Of a stretch of 64,000 nucleotides of DNA, positions 1 through 8,843 are shown piece by piece. Under the pieces are notes generated by a model that worked only from the letters and a program-made list of their open reading frames with translations, was not told where the DNA came from and did not search any database. Source of the stretch: Candidatus Lutacidiplasmatales archaeon. Its GTDB lineage: Archaea; Thermoplasmatota; Thermoplasmata; Lutacidiplasmatales; UBA184. Positions within the stretch are counted from its first letter, which is position 1. Each line of letters begins with the position of its first letter. The position numbers and the translations under genes were made by a program. The stretch spans positions 20,605 through 84,604 of the forward strand of contig JBIOKR010000003.1 in NCBI GenBank assembly GCA_044451945.1, in the 5' to 3' direction.

Positions 1-1091
1 GCGAACGGATCGAACGCAGCGAGAGCGTCGAACGCAAGGGGGACCACCCGAAAACCGGTTCCGCCGTGCAACGACTCGGGAAGCCGGATCAACCGGTGGA
101 TGTCGGTCGTGACCGGCGCATCCGTTTCGCCCTGCACCTCGATCGCGGCCCGGGCCAGCACGTGGGTCAGGAACTCGCCGGGAAGTCCCCGCGGGAACAC
201 CTCGAGGGAAAGGCTCCCCCGGATCTGGTCGGCGACCCCTTCTTTCAGCAGTTGGTGCGCAAGGACGCGAGCCCGTGCGGGCGGTACCCCCGATGCCTCG
301 AGCTCTGCGGTGGCCACTTTGGGGCCTTCGAGCTGCCAGCGCTCGAGCAGCTTTAGCACCGCACGGGTCGTTCGCCCTGCCCACCCGGGGGCGGCCGGTG
401 AGGGAAGAGCACGGAAGACCCGGGCTCGATGGGAGCCTCGGCCCGTGGGGCCGTCGGGCCCCCCTCCCGACGCCTGGCCCTCAGAGGTCGCGCCCGCCCC
501 ATCGTCCCGGCGGCTGACGATCGCGGTCGACGGGTCGAACCCCGCGCCCAGGACGTACTCGACGAGCTCGCGGCGCTCGGGGCTCGTGAGCGAGAGGAAC
601 CGCTCGTCGTGGACGTGGACGTGATAGCCGCGTCCGCCGGAGAATGCGAGGGTCGTCTCGCGCGGGTCGATGCCGAAGTCACCGAACAAGAAGTCGTCGA
701 GCAGGGACTGCGTGCGTTCCTTCACGCGCGCGAGCTGCGCGACGTAGCCGAGCGATTCGGCGCCCCTCAGGTGGTCCGCGTCCAGGTCGAAGATGAGGTC
801 GGCGCCGAGCCACTCCTTCTGCTCCATCTTTGGATGGTCGGGCTCGCGATAGTACGCCGAGGAGTAGTACACATGCCGCGGCACCTCCCGGGGAAAGTAG
901 GCGCGGAACTCCTCGGCGCTTCGGAAGCTCGCGTGCCGCCGCATGAGGCTCTCCCGGGCGAACGGGAAGGCGGCAAACTCACGCCGCGCGAACCGGGGCG
1001 GCGGCGGGATCCGTGCGCTCGCGTAGTACCGGCGGAACACCTCCCGGGCGTAGACGAGCGCCGGCCCGTCGAGCGGGACCGTCTTCGCCAT
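1..1091 (-). CDS. priS: DNA primase small catalytic subunit PriS, C-terminal end cut by window edge
   Basis: Not in ORF track because there is no stop inside the window. Manual reverse translation from ATG at 1091 stays open to position 1: MAKTVPLDGPALVYAREVFRRYY... Motifs DLIFDLDAD, FSGGRGYHVHV and RLIRLPESLHGGTG fit archaeo-eukaryotic primase. Starts 6 nt after the KH gene stop. Confidence 0.85.
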   Translation of the reverse strand, partial: MAKTVPLDGPALVYAREVFRRYYASARIPPPPRFARREFAAFPFARESLMRRHASFRSAEEFRAYFPREVPRHVYYSSAYYREPDHPKMEQKEWLGADLIFDLDADHLRGAESLGYVAQLARVKERTQSLLDDFLFGDFGIDPRETTLAFSGGRGYHVHVHDERFLSLTSPERRELVEYVLGAGFDPSTAIVSRRDDGAGATSEGQASGGGPDGPTGRGSHRARVFRALPSPAAPGWAGRTTRAVLKLLERWQLEGPKVATAELEASGVPPARARVLAHQLLKEGVADQIRGSLSLEVFPRGLPGEFLTHVLARAAIEVQGETDAPVTTDIHRLIRLPESLHGGTGFRVVPLAFDALAAFDPF

Positions 1092-1097
1092 CCGGGC

Positions 1098-1670
1098 TCA
1101 CCCGTCGTCCGGGATCTCTTCGGGGCCTGTCGCCTGGGCGAGCGCGTCCTCCCGCTTCATCCGGGCCAGGAGGTGGAACACCGCGGAGTGCTCGCTCCCC
1201 CTCAGGAGGAGCTCGACGGCCCGGGTGGCCCGCTCGAGCTGGGCCTCCTGGCCGATGAGCGCGACGGTCGAACCGTAGATGCTCATCGAGCAGCCGGAGA
1301 GGTACTCGATCCGCTCCCTCGCCTTTCCCTCGGCGCCGATCAGGCGGGCCCTAATCCTGCGCATCGCCGGTTTCTCGCGGTGCCCGGTGACCCGCTTGAT
1401 GTCGATCACGCCCAAGTACGCGTCATCCTTCAGGAGGCGGAACGCCCGGTTCGGGGAGAAGCCGCGTCCGATCGCGAGCACGATGTCGCGCGCCTTCATC
1501 GCCGAGATCGGGTCGCCGTCGTCCGGGTTCGACACCCGCACCTCCCCTTCGACCGCGTCGATTTCGACCGCGGTGTGCGTCGCCACCTCGATCTGGCGCT
1601 TGGTGCGGCCGCCGGGGCCGATGACCGCGCCGACGCGGTCTTCCGGGATCCGTACGTAGAGGACCGGCAC
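1098..1670 (-). CDS. KH-domain RNA-binding protein (archaeal Dim2/Pno1-like, two KH modules)
   Basis: 190 aa with GxxG loops GPGGRTK and GAEGKAR. Lies 2 nt downstream of the rio1 stop, matching the conserved archaeal rio-KH neighbourhood. Confidence 0.85.
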   Translation of the reverse strand: MPVLYVRIPEDRVGAVIGPGGRTKRQIEVATHTAVEIDAVEGEVRVSNPDDGDPISAMKARDIVLAIGRGFSPNRAFRLLKDDAYLGVIDIKRVTGHREKPAMRRIRARLIGAEGKARERIEYLSGCSMSIYGSTVALIGQEAQLERATRAVELLLRGSEHSAVFHLLARMKREDALAQATGPEEIPDDG

Positions 1671-1672
1671 CG

Positions 1673-2488
1673 TTACTCCGGGTGGGGAAGCTTGTCTCCT
1701 CCGGCCAAGCGGAGGAACTCCTCGGGGCTCGTATCCACCCCGAGCTTCTCAAGGTATCGGGCGAAGTGGGCGCAGTCGCGCTCGTGGAGCGCGCGGGCCT
1801 GCGGGTGGTCGGTGGCGATCGCTTGGGCGACGTCGATCAGCACCGGAGCGCCCTCGTGGTAGAGGACGTTGTACGGTGAGAGGTCGCCGTGGACGAGCTT
1901 TGCATCGACCACCATCCGGTAGAGCTGCGCGGTGAGCGAGCGGTAGAGCGACTCCAGGTCCTCGACGACCGCGTCCCGCAGTCGGGGAGCGGGCAGCTCG
2001 CCGGTGCCGATGAACTCCATCACGAGGACGTTCCGAAGGTATCCGTACGTCTCCGGGCACCGTACCTCCGCCTCCCGCATCTTTCTGAGGACCGTGTGCT
2101 CGCGCCGCGTCCACGCATAGATCAGCCGCGCGTAGTTGCTCAGGCTCGCGGTATGCTTGAGCTCCTCCAGCGCGTACGCCGGGAGGTGCCGAAGCACCGC
2201 GTTCCCGATCCGGTAGACCTTCACCGCGCGGAAACCCCCACCCTCCGTCGTCGCTCGGAAGACGCCGCCTTCCTTTCCGGTGGAGATCGGGTAGTCGAGT
2301 TGCAGGAACTGCCCCTGGGTGACGAGACGGCTGATCGCGAGGAGCGTGGGGTGGTCGAAGAACTCGTCGAGCAGCTTGCGGTCCCGGGTCTCCTTGCGGC
2401 GTTCCTCCTTCCTCTCCGGCTTGGTCGGAAAGAACGTCTCCGAGGCGTTCGGCATCCAGCGCTCCCGCCGCGCCCGTAGCCAAAGCAT
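1673..2488 (-). CDS. rio1: RIO-type serine/threonine protein kinase (Rio1-like)
   Basis: 271 aa with kinase motifs LVHGDLSPYNVLY and LIDVAQAI plus an N-terminal RIO-type helix region. Start could instead be the internal M at 2455. Confidence 0.9.
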   Translation of the reverse strand: MLWLRARRERWMPNASETFFPTKPERKEERRKETRDRKLLDEFFDHPTLLAISRLVTQGQFLQLDYPISTGKEGGVFRATTEGGGFRAVKVYRIGNAVLRHLPAYALEELKHTASLSNYARLIYAWTRREHTVLRKMREAEVRCPETYGYLRNVLVMEFIGTGELPAPRLRDAVVEDLESLYRSLTAQLYRMVVDAKLVHGDLSPYNVLYHEGAPVLIDVAQAIATDHPQARALHERDCAHFARYLEKLGVDTSPEEFLRLAGGDKLPHPE

Positions 2489-2555
2489 TGTCGGGAAGGG
2501 CCGGGCAACCTCTGCCGGGGCGCGGGGGCGTCGGTTGCCCTCGCGTAACCCCGAC

Positions 2556-2562
2556 TATAAGA
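2556..2562 (+). promoter_or_regulatory. TATA-like box (TATAAGA) about 28 nt upstream of ATG 2587
   Basis: A/T-rich heptamer in otherwise GC-rich rio1-divergent spacer. The spacing fits an archaeal leaderless transcript. Confidence 0.45.
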
Positions 2563-2586
2563 GGGCCGGCCGCACTAGTACGGGTC

Positions 2587-3165
2587 ATGTGGACGACGCT
2601 CCAGGCAGCTCCCCCCCTTGCCCCCGCTGAGCGGACCGGCCCGCCCTCCGGACCCGGAACGCCAACGCTCAGCCCTCCGTTCGCCCTCGTGGCCGAGCTG
2701 GACCGTCCGTCGGACTACGACCGGGTGTTCCGGGTCGTTCGCGGCGCGGTGCGCCACGTCCTCGGCGTCGAGCGTCCGGGCCTCGGGCTCGGGCTCTCCA
2801 ACCTCCCCCCGTCCCTGGGGGCCTACTGGCAGGTCACGGGGAACCTCATCGTCATGAACGAGGGCCTGGTCGCCGCGATGCGGGCGAACGCCACCTCCCC
2901 GAGGGAGTTCAACTCCTTCGTCTACGTGATCCTCGCCCATGAGTACCTGCACGCCCTCGGGTACCTCGATGAAACGGAGGTGCGCCGCGTGACCGCCCAG
3001 GTCACCCGGGGCGCCTTCGGGCCAGAGCACCCGGCGACCCGGATGGCCGAGGGCGACCTCTGGCGGATGTTCCCCTTCCTGCAGTTCGCCCCACGTGGCG
3101 ACGGGCGGCGCCTGAAGGTCGTCACCCGGTTCGACCTCGCGACCACCTCGACCTACATCCGCTGA
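2587..3165 (+). CDS. small putative zinc metalloprotease (HExxHxxGxxD motif)
   Basis: Track ORF 2488..3165. I prefer the internal ATG at 2587 (MWTTLQ...) because of the TATA box at 2556. Contains ILAHEYLHALGYLDE, a metzincin-like site with Asp as the possible third ligand. Confidence 0.6.
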   Translation: MWTTLQAAPPLAPAERTGPPSGPGTPTLSPPFALVAELDRPSDYDRVFRVVRGAVRHVLGVERPGLGLGLSNLPPSLGAYWQVTGNLIVMNEGLVAAMRANATSPREFNSFVYVILAHEYLHALGYLDETEVRRVTAQVTRGAFGPEHPATRMAEGDLWRMFPFLQFAPRGDGRRLKVVTRFDLATTSTYIR

Positions 3166-3261
3166 ACGCGGCGCGGGGGGCGGCAACCCGGAGCCCGGGC
3201 GCCCGTCGCGCCCGCTCCGAATGCTTAAGCGCGGCGTCCGCATCGCTCGCTCGGAGTAAGC

Positions 3262-3732
3262 GTGTCCGCCGATCCGACCTTCGGCCTCCTTCTGGTGGCC
3301 GTGGGCCTCATCCTCTTCGTCCTCGAGTTCGTCCACCCCGGCGCGTTCCTCCTGATCCCCGGGTCGATCACGCTCGCCGCCGGGCTGATGTACTTCTTCG
3401 TCCCGGATTTCCTCTTGGGGTCGATCTTCGGCCCCGGCATCATCTTGATGGCGGCTCTGGCATCGGCGCTGATCACCGTTCCCTACTACAAGCGGATCGC
3501 CCCGGTCCACCCTCCGATGACGTCGACGACCTCGACCCTATTGGGTGAGACCGGGATCGTGACCGCGGCGATCGAGCCGAACACCCTCAAGGGGAAGGTC
3601 CGAATTCGCTCGGAGATCTGGTCGGCCCGAGGCAAGACCCCGATCCCGGCGGGCACGATGGTCCAGGTCGTCGGCGGCGAGGGTGTCAGCCTCGAGGTCC
3701 GACCCGTGGGCGCCTCCCCGGTTCCCAGCTGA
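3262..3732 (+). CDS. NfeD-family membrane protein (short form, C-terminal OB-like domain)
   Basis: 156 aa, GTG start. Three hydrophobic helices are followed by GKVRIRSEIWSARG...VQVVGGEGVSLEV, typical of the NfeD C-terminus. Located upstream of an SPFH gene. Confidence 0.8.
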   Translation: MSADPTFGLLLVAVGLILFVLEFVHPGAFLLIPGSITLAAGLMYFFVPDFLLGSIFGPGIILMAALASALITVPYYKRIAPVHPPMTSTTSTLLGETGIVTAAIEPNTLKGKVRIRSEIWSARGKTPIPAGTMVQVVGGEGVSLEVRPVGASPVPS

Positions 3733-3974
3733 ATCGCCCCCGCCGCCCTGGCGCGGCGTGTGGACCCCCTCAGCTCCTGGCATCGCGCGCGGCGGGATGG
3801 TCCGATCGATGGGTGCCCCACCGGGTCGACTGTGGGAACGGGAAGCGGCATGAGATCGAGCCCCCCTCTCTGCGGGGTTGGGGATGCGCAAGGGCTCAGA
3901 GTTCGGGCGAATTGCCGGGCCGGTGAGGTAAAGGCTTTCCAGATGCTCGGGTCGTCCCTCGTAGAGGTACGGAA

Positions 3975-5288
3975 ATGACCGATTACACCGGAACGGCGAT
4001 CCTGGTCGTGGTGGCGGCGCTCATCGGCATCATGATCCTCATCCGATCGGCCCACATCATCCAGCCGTACCAGCAGGGCATCGTCACCCTCTTCGGGTCG
4101 TACCAGCGGCTCATCAACCCGGGGATCACCTTCCTCAATCCGCTCGCTTCGGTCACCCTCCTGGACCTGCGAACGCAGGTGCTCGAGGTCCCCCGGCAAG
4201 AGGTGATCACCAAGGACAACTCCCCGACGAACGTCGACGCGATCATCTACATCAAGGTGGTCGATGCGCCCAAGGCGATCTTCCAGGTCCAGCAGTACCG
4301 GGTCGCGACGCTCGCCCTCGCCCAGACCACCCTTCGGTCGGTGATCGGCGACATGGAGCTGGACGAGGTCCTGTACAACCGGGAGCGGATCAACACCCGG
4401 CTCCGCGACATCCTGGACGAGGCGACGGACCGGTGGGGCGTGCGCGTCGAGGCGGTCGAGATCAAGGAGGTCGACCCGGTCGGCCCCGTCAAGGCGGCGA
4501 TGGAGGAGCAGACCTCCGCCGAACGCCAGCGCCGGGCCGCGGTGCTGCGCGCGGACGGCGAGAAGCGCAGCGCCATCCTTGTGGCGGAGGGGAGCAAGCG
4601 CTCGCGCATCCTCCAGGCCGAGGGGCTTCGGCAGTCGAAGATCCTCGAGGCCGAGGGGGCACGGGTCGCCACCATCCTGGAGGCCCAGGGAGAAGGGCAG
4701 CGTCTTCGCATCCTCTCGCTGGGAGCGAGCACCCTCGATTCGAAGGGGCTCACGGTCCTTTCGCTGGACACGCTGAGCTCGATCGGCGACGGCCAGGCGA
4801 CGAAGATCATCTTCCCCTTCGAGCTCTCCCGCCTGATGGAAGGCGCCTCCGAGTACCTCGGGACGGCCCGTACGGTCCCGGACCGCAACCTCAACACGCT
4901 TTCCGAGCTCGAGGGCCAGATCGGATCGATCGACGACGTTCTCGGCTCCATCCCCAAGCAGGCCGAGCTCCTCTCGGAGATCAAGAGCATCGAGGACGAG
5001 ATCCGGGCCGAGTCGGACGAATCGGCGGCGATGGTCGGAAGCTACCCGGGAGCCCGCGCGGGGGACGTCCCCGATCCGGACCTGCCGGCGGGGTCCGTCG
5101 TCGTGGCGCCGGTCGACCCGAACGCCACGCGCGCCTCGCAGACGCCGGTGACCCCGGAGAGGCCGCTGCACATCTTCGGGCCCCCCGCGACCGGCACGGT
5201 GCCGACCTCGGCGTCGCCGTCGACCGGACCGACCCCGTCCACCTCACCCGACCCCAAGAAGCGGGCTCCGCCGCCTCCGCCTCCCTAG
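3975..5288 (+). CDS. SPFH/band-7 (stomatin/prohibitin-like) membrane protein with long Pro/Ser/Thr-rich C-terminal tail
   Basis: 437 aa with an N-terminal TM helix. The SPFH core runs QQGIVTLFGSYQRLINPGITFLNP...VITKDNSPTNVDAIIYIKV, followed by a coiled-coil AEG repeat region. The tail ends KKRAPPPPPP. Confidence 0.9.
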   Translation: MTDYTGTAILVVVAALIGIMILIRSAHIIQPYQQGIVTLFGSYQRLINPGITFLNPLASVTLLDLRTQVLEVPRQEVITKDNSPTNVDAIIYIKVVDAPKAIFQVQQYRVATLALAQTTLRSVIGDMELDEVLYNRERINTRLRDILDEATDRWGVRVEAVEIKEVDPVGPVKAAMEEQTSAERQRRAAVLRADGEKRSAILVAEGSKRSRILQAEGLRQSKILEAEGARVATILEAQGEGQRLRILSLGASTLDSKGLTVLSLDTLSSIGDGQATKIIFPFELSRLMEGASEYLGTARTVPDRNLNTLSELEGQIGSIDDVLGSIPKQAELLSEIKSIEDEIRAESDESAAMVGSYPGARAGDVPDPDLPAGSVVVAPVDPNATRASQTPVTPERPLHIFGPPATGTVPTSASPSTGPTPSTSPDPKKRAPPPPPP

Positions 5289-5333
5289 CGAGGGGGAGAA
5301 ACCCGGCCCCCGACCGACCCGGTCGGCGGCTCC

Positions 5334-6317
5334 TCAGGGCCCGGCGATTCGGCTCGCCGGGGCGTAGAGCGCCTTGAGTCGCTCGTACTCCTCGGTCCTA
5401 AGGATCAGGCGGTCCAGGCGGGTTTCGACACGGAACGACTCGGCCCCCCGCCCTTCCCGCCACAGCCGGTGGTTGCGGTAGAGGCCGGCCAGATGAAGGT
5501 AGGCCGCGATGAGCGGGAAGGCGAGCCGATTCAAGAGTCGCACGGGCGCCGGGGCGGGCGACGGAGCCGCGGGCTCCGGCAAGCCCCCCACCTCCCAGCG
5601 GGCGTAGAGCCGGGGCGCCTCCTCCCGAAGCCACGGCGAGGCCCTCAGAAGCCCCCGGTAGAACGGTTCGCCACGGATCGGGCGCGAGCTGAGCGCCTCG
5701 CGGGCGAAGAGGAACCCCTGGGGACGACGGAAGATCTCGAGCGCCGCCGTCTCATCCACCACGTAGTTGAAGCACCAGGCCGACGGGTCGCCCGCCCGGC
5801 CGGGCCGCAACCGGACCGCGAGGTAGCAGTAGGCGAGGAACGGCCAGACGGCGCCGGGACGAACGACCGCGAGAAAGTCGACGTCGTCCCCCTCCTCCGG
5901 CTCCCCGTAGGCCGTCGAGCCGGTAACCCCAAGGCTCGAGAGCAGCGGGTGGACGGGAGCGAGCTCGTTCTGAAGCAGGGAGTGCGCCCGGTCAATGAAA
6001 TCCTTCCCGCGGGCGCGCCGGTCCGCCTCGGGAGGGGTCGGTGGGGAGTCCGCGGCGTAGGCGGTGCCGTCGACGACGGTGGCGGTCTCGGGGCGCGATT
6101 GGATCCACTCCTCCGCCTCCGATTCCCCGAACCCTTCGCTCTCCGGAAGAAGCTCCCAGAGCGTTTCGACCGCGACCCCGGTCCGACGAGCTCGGGCCGC
6201 GCCCAATACGCTGCGGACACGGCGCTCGACCAACCCCTGTGCCATGGGCGGGGGGATCGGGCTGCCGGAGGCGACCATCTTGCCTCGAGCAGAGCGGCCC
6301 TGCTTAAACTCCCCCAC
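5334..6317 (-). CDS. hypothetical protein with pol-beta-type nucleotidyltransferase signature
   Basis: 327 aa. GVTGSTAYGEPEEGDDVDFLAV matches the G-S-x(n)-G...D-x-D minimal nucleotidyltransferase pattern. The rest is unrecognised and the start is uncertain. Confidence 0.55.
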   Translation of the reverse strand: MGEFKQGRSARGKMVASGSPIPPPMAQGLVERRVRSVLGAARARRTGVAVETLWELLPESEGFGESEAEEWIQSRPETATVVDGTAYAADSPPTPPEADRRARGKDFIDRAHSLLQNELAPVHPLLSSLGVTGSTAYGEPEEGDDVDFLAVVRPGAVWPFLAYCYLAVRLRPGRAGDPSAWCFNYVVDETAALEIFRRPQGFLFAREALSSRPIRGEPFYRGLLRASPWLREEAPRLYARWEVGGLPEPAAPSPAPAPVRLLNRLAFPLIAAYLHLAGLYRNHRLWREGRGAESFRVETRLDRLILRTEEYERLKALYAPASRIAGP

Positions 6318-6405
6318 GCATGATTCCCAGCCGACGGCCTCTCCACGCTTCTTATATTCCCGCCAGAAGAGTCGTCCCCGGAGGGACGGTTCGCGACCCG
6401 GACCG

Positions 6406-6645
6406 ATGAAGCTCTACTCCGAACGCCTGTTCCTGAAGTACCTCTTCTCGAACCACGGCCTGTGCTTCGGGGTCGACATGAAGCACGCGTCGTACCTTTT
6501 CCTCGTCTCGCGCCGCGGCGTCCTCCTCCGCCGCCGCCCTGTCGGCGACACGGTCGTCGAGGACCTCGACTACGAGATCCCGAAGATCGTCGCCGCGCTC
6601 GACGCGGAGGAGCATCCTAGCTCCGCCCGACCGAGCGGTGCGTGA
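6406..6645 (+). CDS. small hypothetical protein (79 aa)
   Basis: Internal ATG of track ORF 6064..6645 (MKLYSERLFLKYLFSNHGLCFGVDMKH...). Strong GC3 bias in this frame. The stop overlaps the GTG start of the next gene by 8 nt. Confidence 0.4.
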   Translation: MKLYSERLFLKYLFSNHGLCFGVDMKHASYLFLVSRRGVLLRRRPVGDTVVEDLDYEIPKIVAALDAEEHPSSARPSGA

Positions 6646-7921
6646 CGGCGGTCGGTCGCCCCGGGTCCTGCGCCCAATGACCGCGGCCTCCGCCAGGGAC
6701 TCGCCTCGGGAAACTCCGGCGCGGGCCGTGCCGCCGACCCCGGAGAACCTCTACCTCGCGGGCACCTCCGGGCCACCCGTCCCTCTCGGCTTCGTCCGGG
6801 ATGACGACACCGTCTTCCTGGTCGCTCGGGAGCGCTCCGCCGCGTGGCCCGTGGCCATCCTGCGAGATGGAGTCGCCGACCTTAGGTGGCCCGGGGGAGG
6901 AGGCCGGGGGGAGGTCGAGCTGGTCTCGGACCCCTTAGAACGCTCGGCCGTCCTGACCCGGTTCCTCGACAAGTATGGCGCCGAGAGATTCGCCCGGTGG
7001 TACGAGCACCCCGCACGCGTCCTCCGTGTGAGGCTCGGCACTCAGGCTGCGGCAGACGGGCCGGGGTCGGAGCGCTACTACGGCTGGCTCTCCGCGGAGT
7101 TCGACAACGTCGCGGCCGACTACGACCGGCACATCACCGGGAACCGGATGAACCGGCTGTTGCGGGACCGGTCGCTCGCCTGGCTGCGACCGCTGTTCAA
7201 GAGATCCCCGCATCTTCTCGAGATCGGCTGCGGCTCCGGCATGGAGACGATCCCGCTCCTCACTGAGGGCCACGAGATCGCCGCCGTCGACATCTCCGAG
7301 CGGATGCTCGAGGTGGTCCGAGGCAAGGCCAAGGAGCTCGGGCTGAGCGAGCGACTGTCGACCCACCACGTGCGCGCCCGGGACCTCTCGGCCCTCCTGC
7401 CGAACTTTGGTCCGGGAGCTTTCGACGGGGCGTACTCGACCTATGGCGCGCTGAACTGCGAGCCCGACCTCACCTCCCTGGCGCCGGACCTTCACGCGCT
7501 GCTCGCCGAGGACGCGTCGTTCGTGGCGGGCGTCTACAATCGCTGGTGCCTGTTCGAGATCGTCGGGTACTCGCTCACCTTCCAGTGGGGTCGCGCCCTC
7601 GGACGGCGACGCAATCCCGTCCCCGTCGGGGCCTCCCGGTTCTGCGTCGATGTGTACGCCCACTCGGCGGGCGACTTCGAGCGCCTCATGGCGCCGGAGT
7701 TCCGCCCGGTCCGAGTCGAGGGGGTCCCGGTCCTCCTCCCGCCCTCGGACCTCACCTCATACGCCGAGAAGTTCGGCAGGCACTTCCCCCTCCTCGCCCG
7801 GCTGGACGCCCGCGCCGGGAAGCTTTGGCCGCTCAATCGCTTGGGCGACCACTTCCTGATGACCTTCCGGCGGAACGGCGCCGTCCCCTCCCCTTCTCTG
7901 GCGGTCCTCCGACCGTCGTGA
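6638..7921 (+). CDS. two-domain protein: N-terminal unknown (split-barrel/DUF385-like?) domain fused to a class I SAM-dependent methyltransferase
   Basis: 427 aa with SAM motif I LLEIGCGSGMETIPLL and post-I EIAAVDISERML. The N-terminal ~130 aa (VPLGFVRDDDTVFLVARERSAAWPVAILRDG...) resembles small FMN/F420 split-barrel proteins, but only by eye. Confidence 0.7.
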   Translation: MRDGGRSPRVLRPMTAASARDSPRETPARAVPPTPENLYLAGTSGPPVPLGFVRDDDTVFLVARERSAAWPVAILRDGVADLRWPGGGGRGEVELVSDPLERSAVLTRFLDKYGAERFARWYEHPARVLRVRLGTQAAADGPGSERYYGWLSAEFDNVAADYDRHITGNRMNRLLRDRSLAWLRPLFKRSPHLLEIGCGSGMETIPLLTEGHEIAAVDISERMLEVVRGKAKELGLSERLSTHHVRARDLSALLPNFGPGAFDGAYSTYGALNCEPDLTSLAPDLHALLAEDASFVAGVYNRWCLFEIVGYSLTFQWGRALGRRRNPVPVGASRFCVDVYAHSAGDFERLMAPEFRPVRVEGVPVLLPPSDLTSYAEKFGRHFPLLARLDARAGKLWPLNRLGDHFLMTFRRNGAVPSPSLAVLRPS

Positions 7922-8051
7922 GCGGCCCGGAACTTCGTCCGTCTCGGAGGGCGGTTCTCCCGCCCCTGAAGATCCTCGGCCGTGCGCGGGAGTTCGAAAT
8001 TCTTCCGCGCGCGATTTAAGGAAGGCAGGGCTGCGCGACCGCAGGCATCGC

Positions 8052-8843
8052 ATGGCCGGACCGGTGGTGACGGAACGCAGGGGCGACGTACTCAAGCTGA
8101 CGATCAACCGACCCGAGCGCCGCAACGCGCTCGACCTTCCCTCCTTCGCCGCCCTGCGCATCGGGCTCGAGGCGGCGGCCCTCGACCGGTCGGTCCGGGC
8201 GGTCCTGCTCACGGGGGCCGGCCCCGCGTTCTGTGCCGGCGGCGACGTGGCGGTCATGGAGGAACACCGGGCGGCGGGCGACCTCCCGAAGTTCTTCCAC
8301 GACCTTACCGGCGAGCAGGAGCGCTCGGTCCGCGAGATATTGGGGATGCGCAAGCCGGTCGTGGCGGCGCTGCCCGGGGTCGCCGCCGGAGGGGGCCTCT
8401 CGCTGGCGCTCGCCTGCGATTGGCGGATCGCCGCCCCGTCGGCGATGCTCGTGCCGGCGTTCCCCGCCCTCGGGGCCGTTCCGGACGGCGGGCTCACGTA
8501 CTTCCTCCCGCACTTCCTCGGTCTCGGGTTGGCGCAGGAGCTTTTGTTCACCAACGCTCGGGTCTCCGCCGAGCGGGCCCTCTCCCTCGGCCTGGTTCAC
8601 GAGGTCGTGCCGGCCGAGGTGCTCGAGGCCAGGGGGTGGGCCCGCGCCGAAGAGCTCGCCAAGGGCCCGACCCTCGCCTACGGATGGGTCAAGCGGTTGA
8701 TGGTCTCCGCCTTCTCCGAGAACCTGGAGGGGCAGCTCGCCCTGGAACGACGCGGGGCGGTCGAGGCCGCCCGCGACAAAGAACTCCCGGAAGGGATCCT
8801 CGCGTTCCGCGAGAAGCGAGCGCCGCGATTCCCCCCGCCGTAG
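8052..8843 (+). CDS. enoyl-CoA hydratase/isomerase (crotonase) family protein
   Basis: 263 aa with LTINRPERRNALD, FCAGGDV and KPVVAALPGVAAGGG, the crotonase oxyanion-hole motifs. Confidence 0.9.
   Translation: MAGPVVTERRGDVLKLTINRPERRNALDLPSFAALRIGLEAAALDRSVRAVLLTGAGPAFCAGGDVAVMEEHRAAGDLPKFFHDLTGEQERSVREILGMRKPVVAALPGVAAGGGLSLALACDWRIAAPSAMLVPAFPALGAVPDGGLTYFLPHFLGLGLAQELLFTNARVSAERALSLGLVHEVVPAEVLEARGWARAEELAKGPTLAYGWVKRLMVSAFSENLEGQLALERRGAVEAARDKELPEGILAFREKRAPRFPPP

Noticed and set aside
3486-5171. 561-aa minus-strand ORF, and similar long ORFs at 429..1862+, 15041..16504-, 17436..18443-, 20758..22080-, 23756..24736-, 24773..25873-, 39965..42004+, 49463..50818-, 35706..36710+
   Set aside because: Each lies antisense or out of frame to a gene with clear family motifs (SPFH, KH/Rio1, NuoL, NuoM, GGR/prenyl synthase, Topo VI, surface protein, SDR, M3 peptidase). 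Their translations are Arg/Gly/Pro/Asp/Glu-rich with no motifs. These are typical shadow ORFs in about 68% GC DNA.
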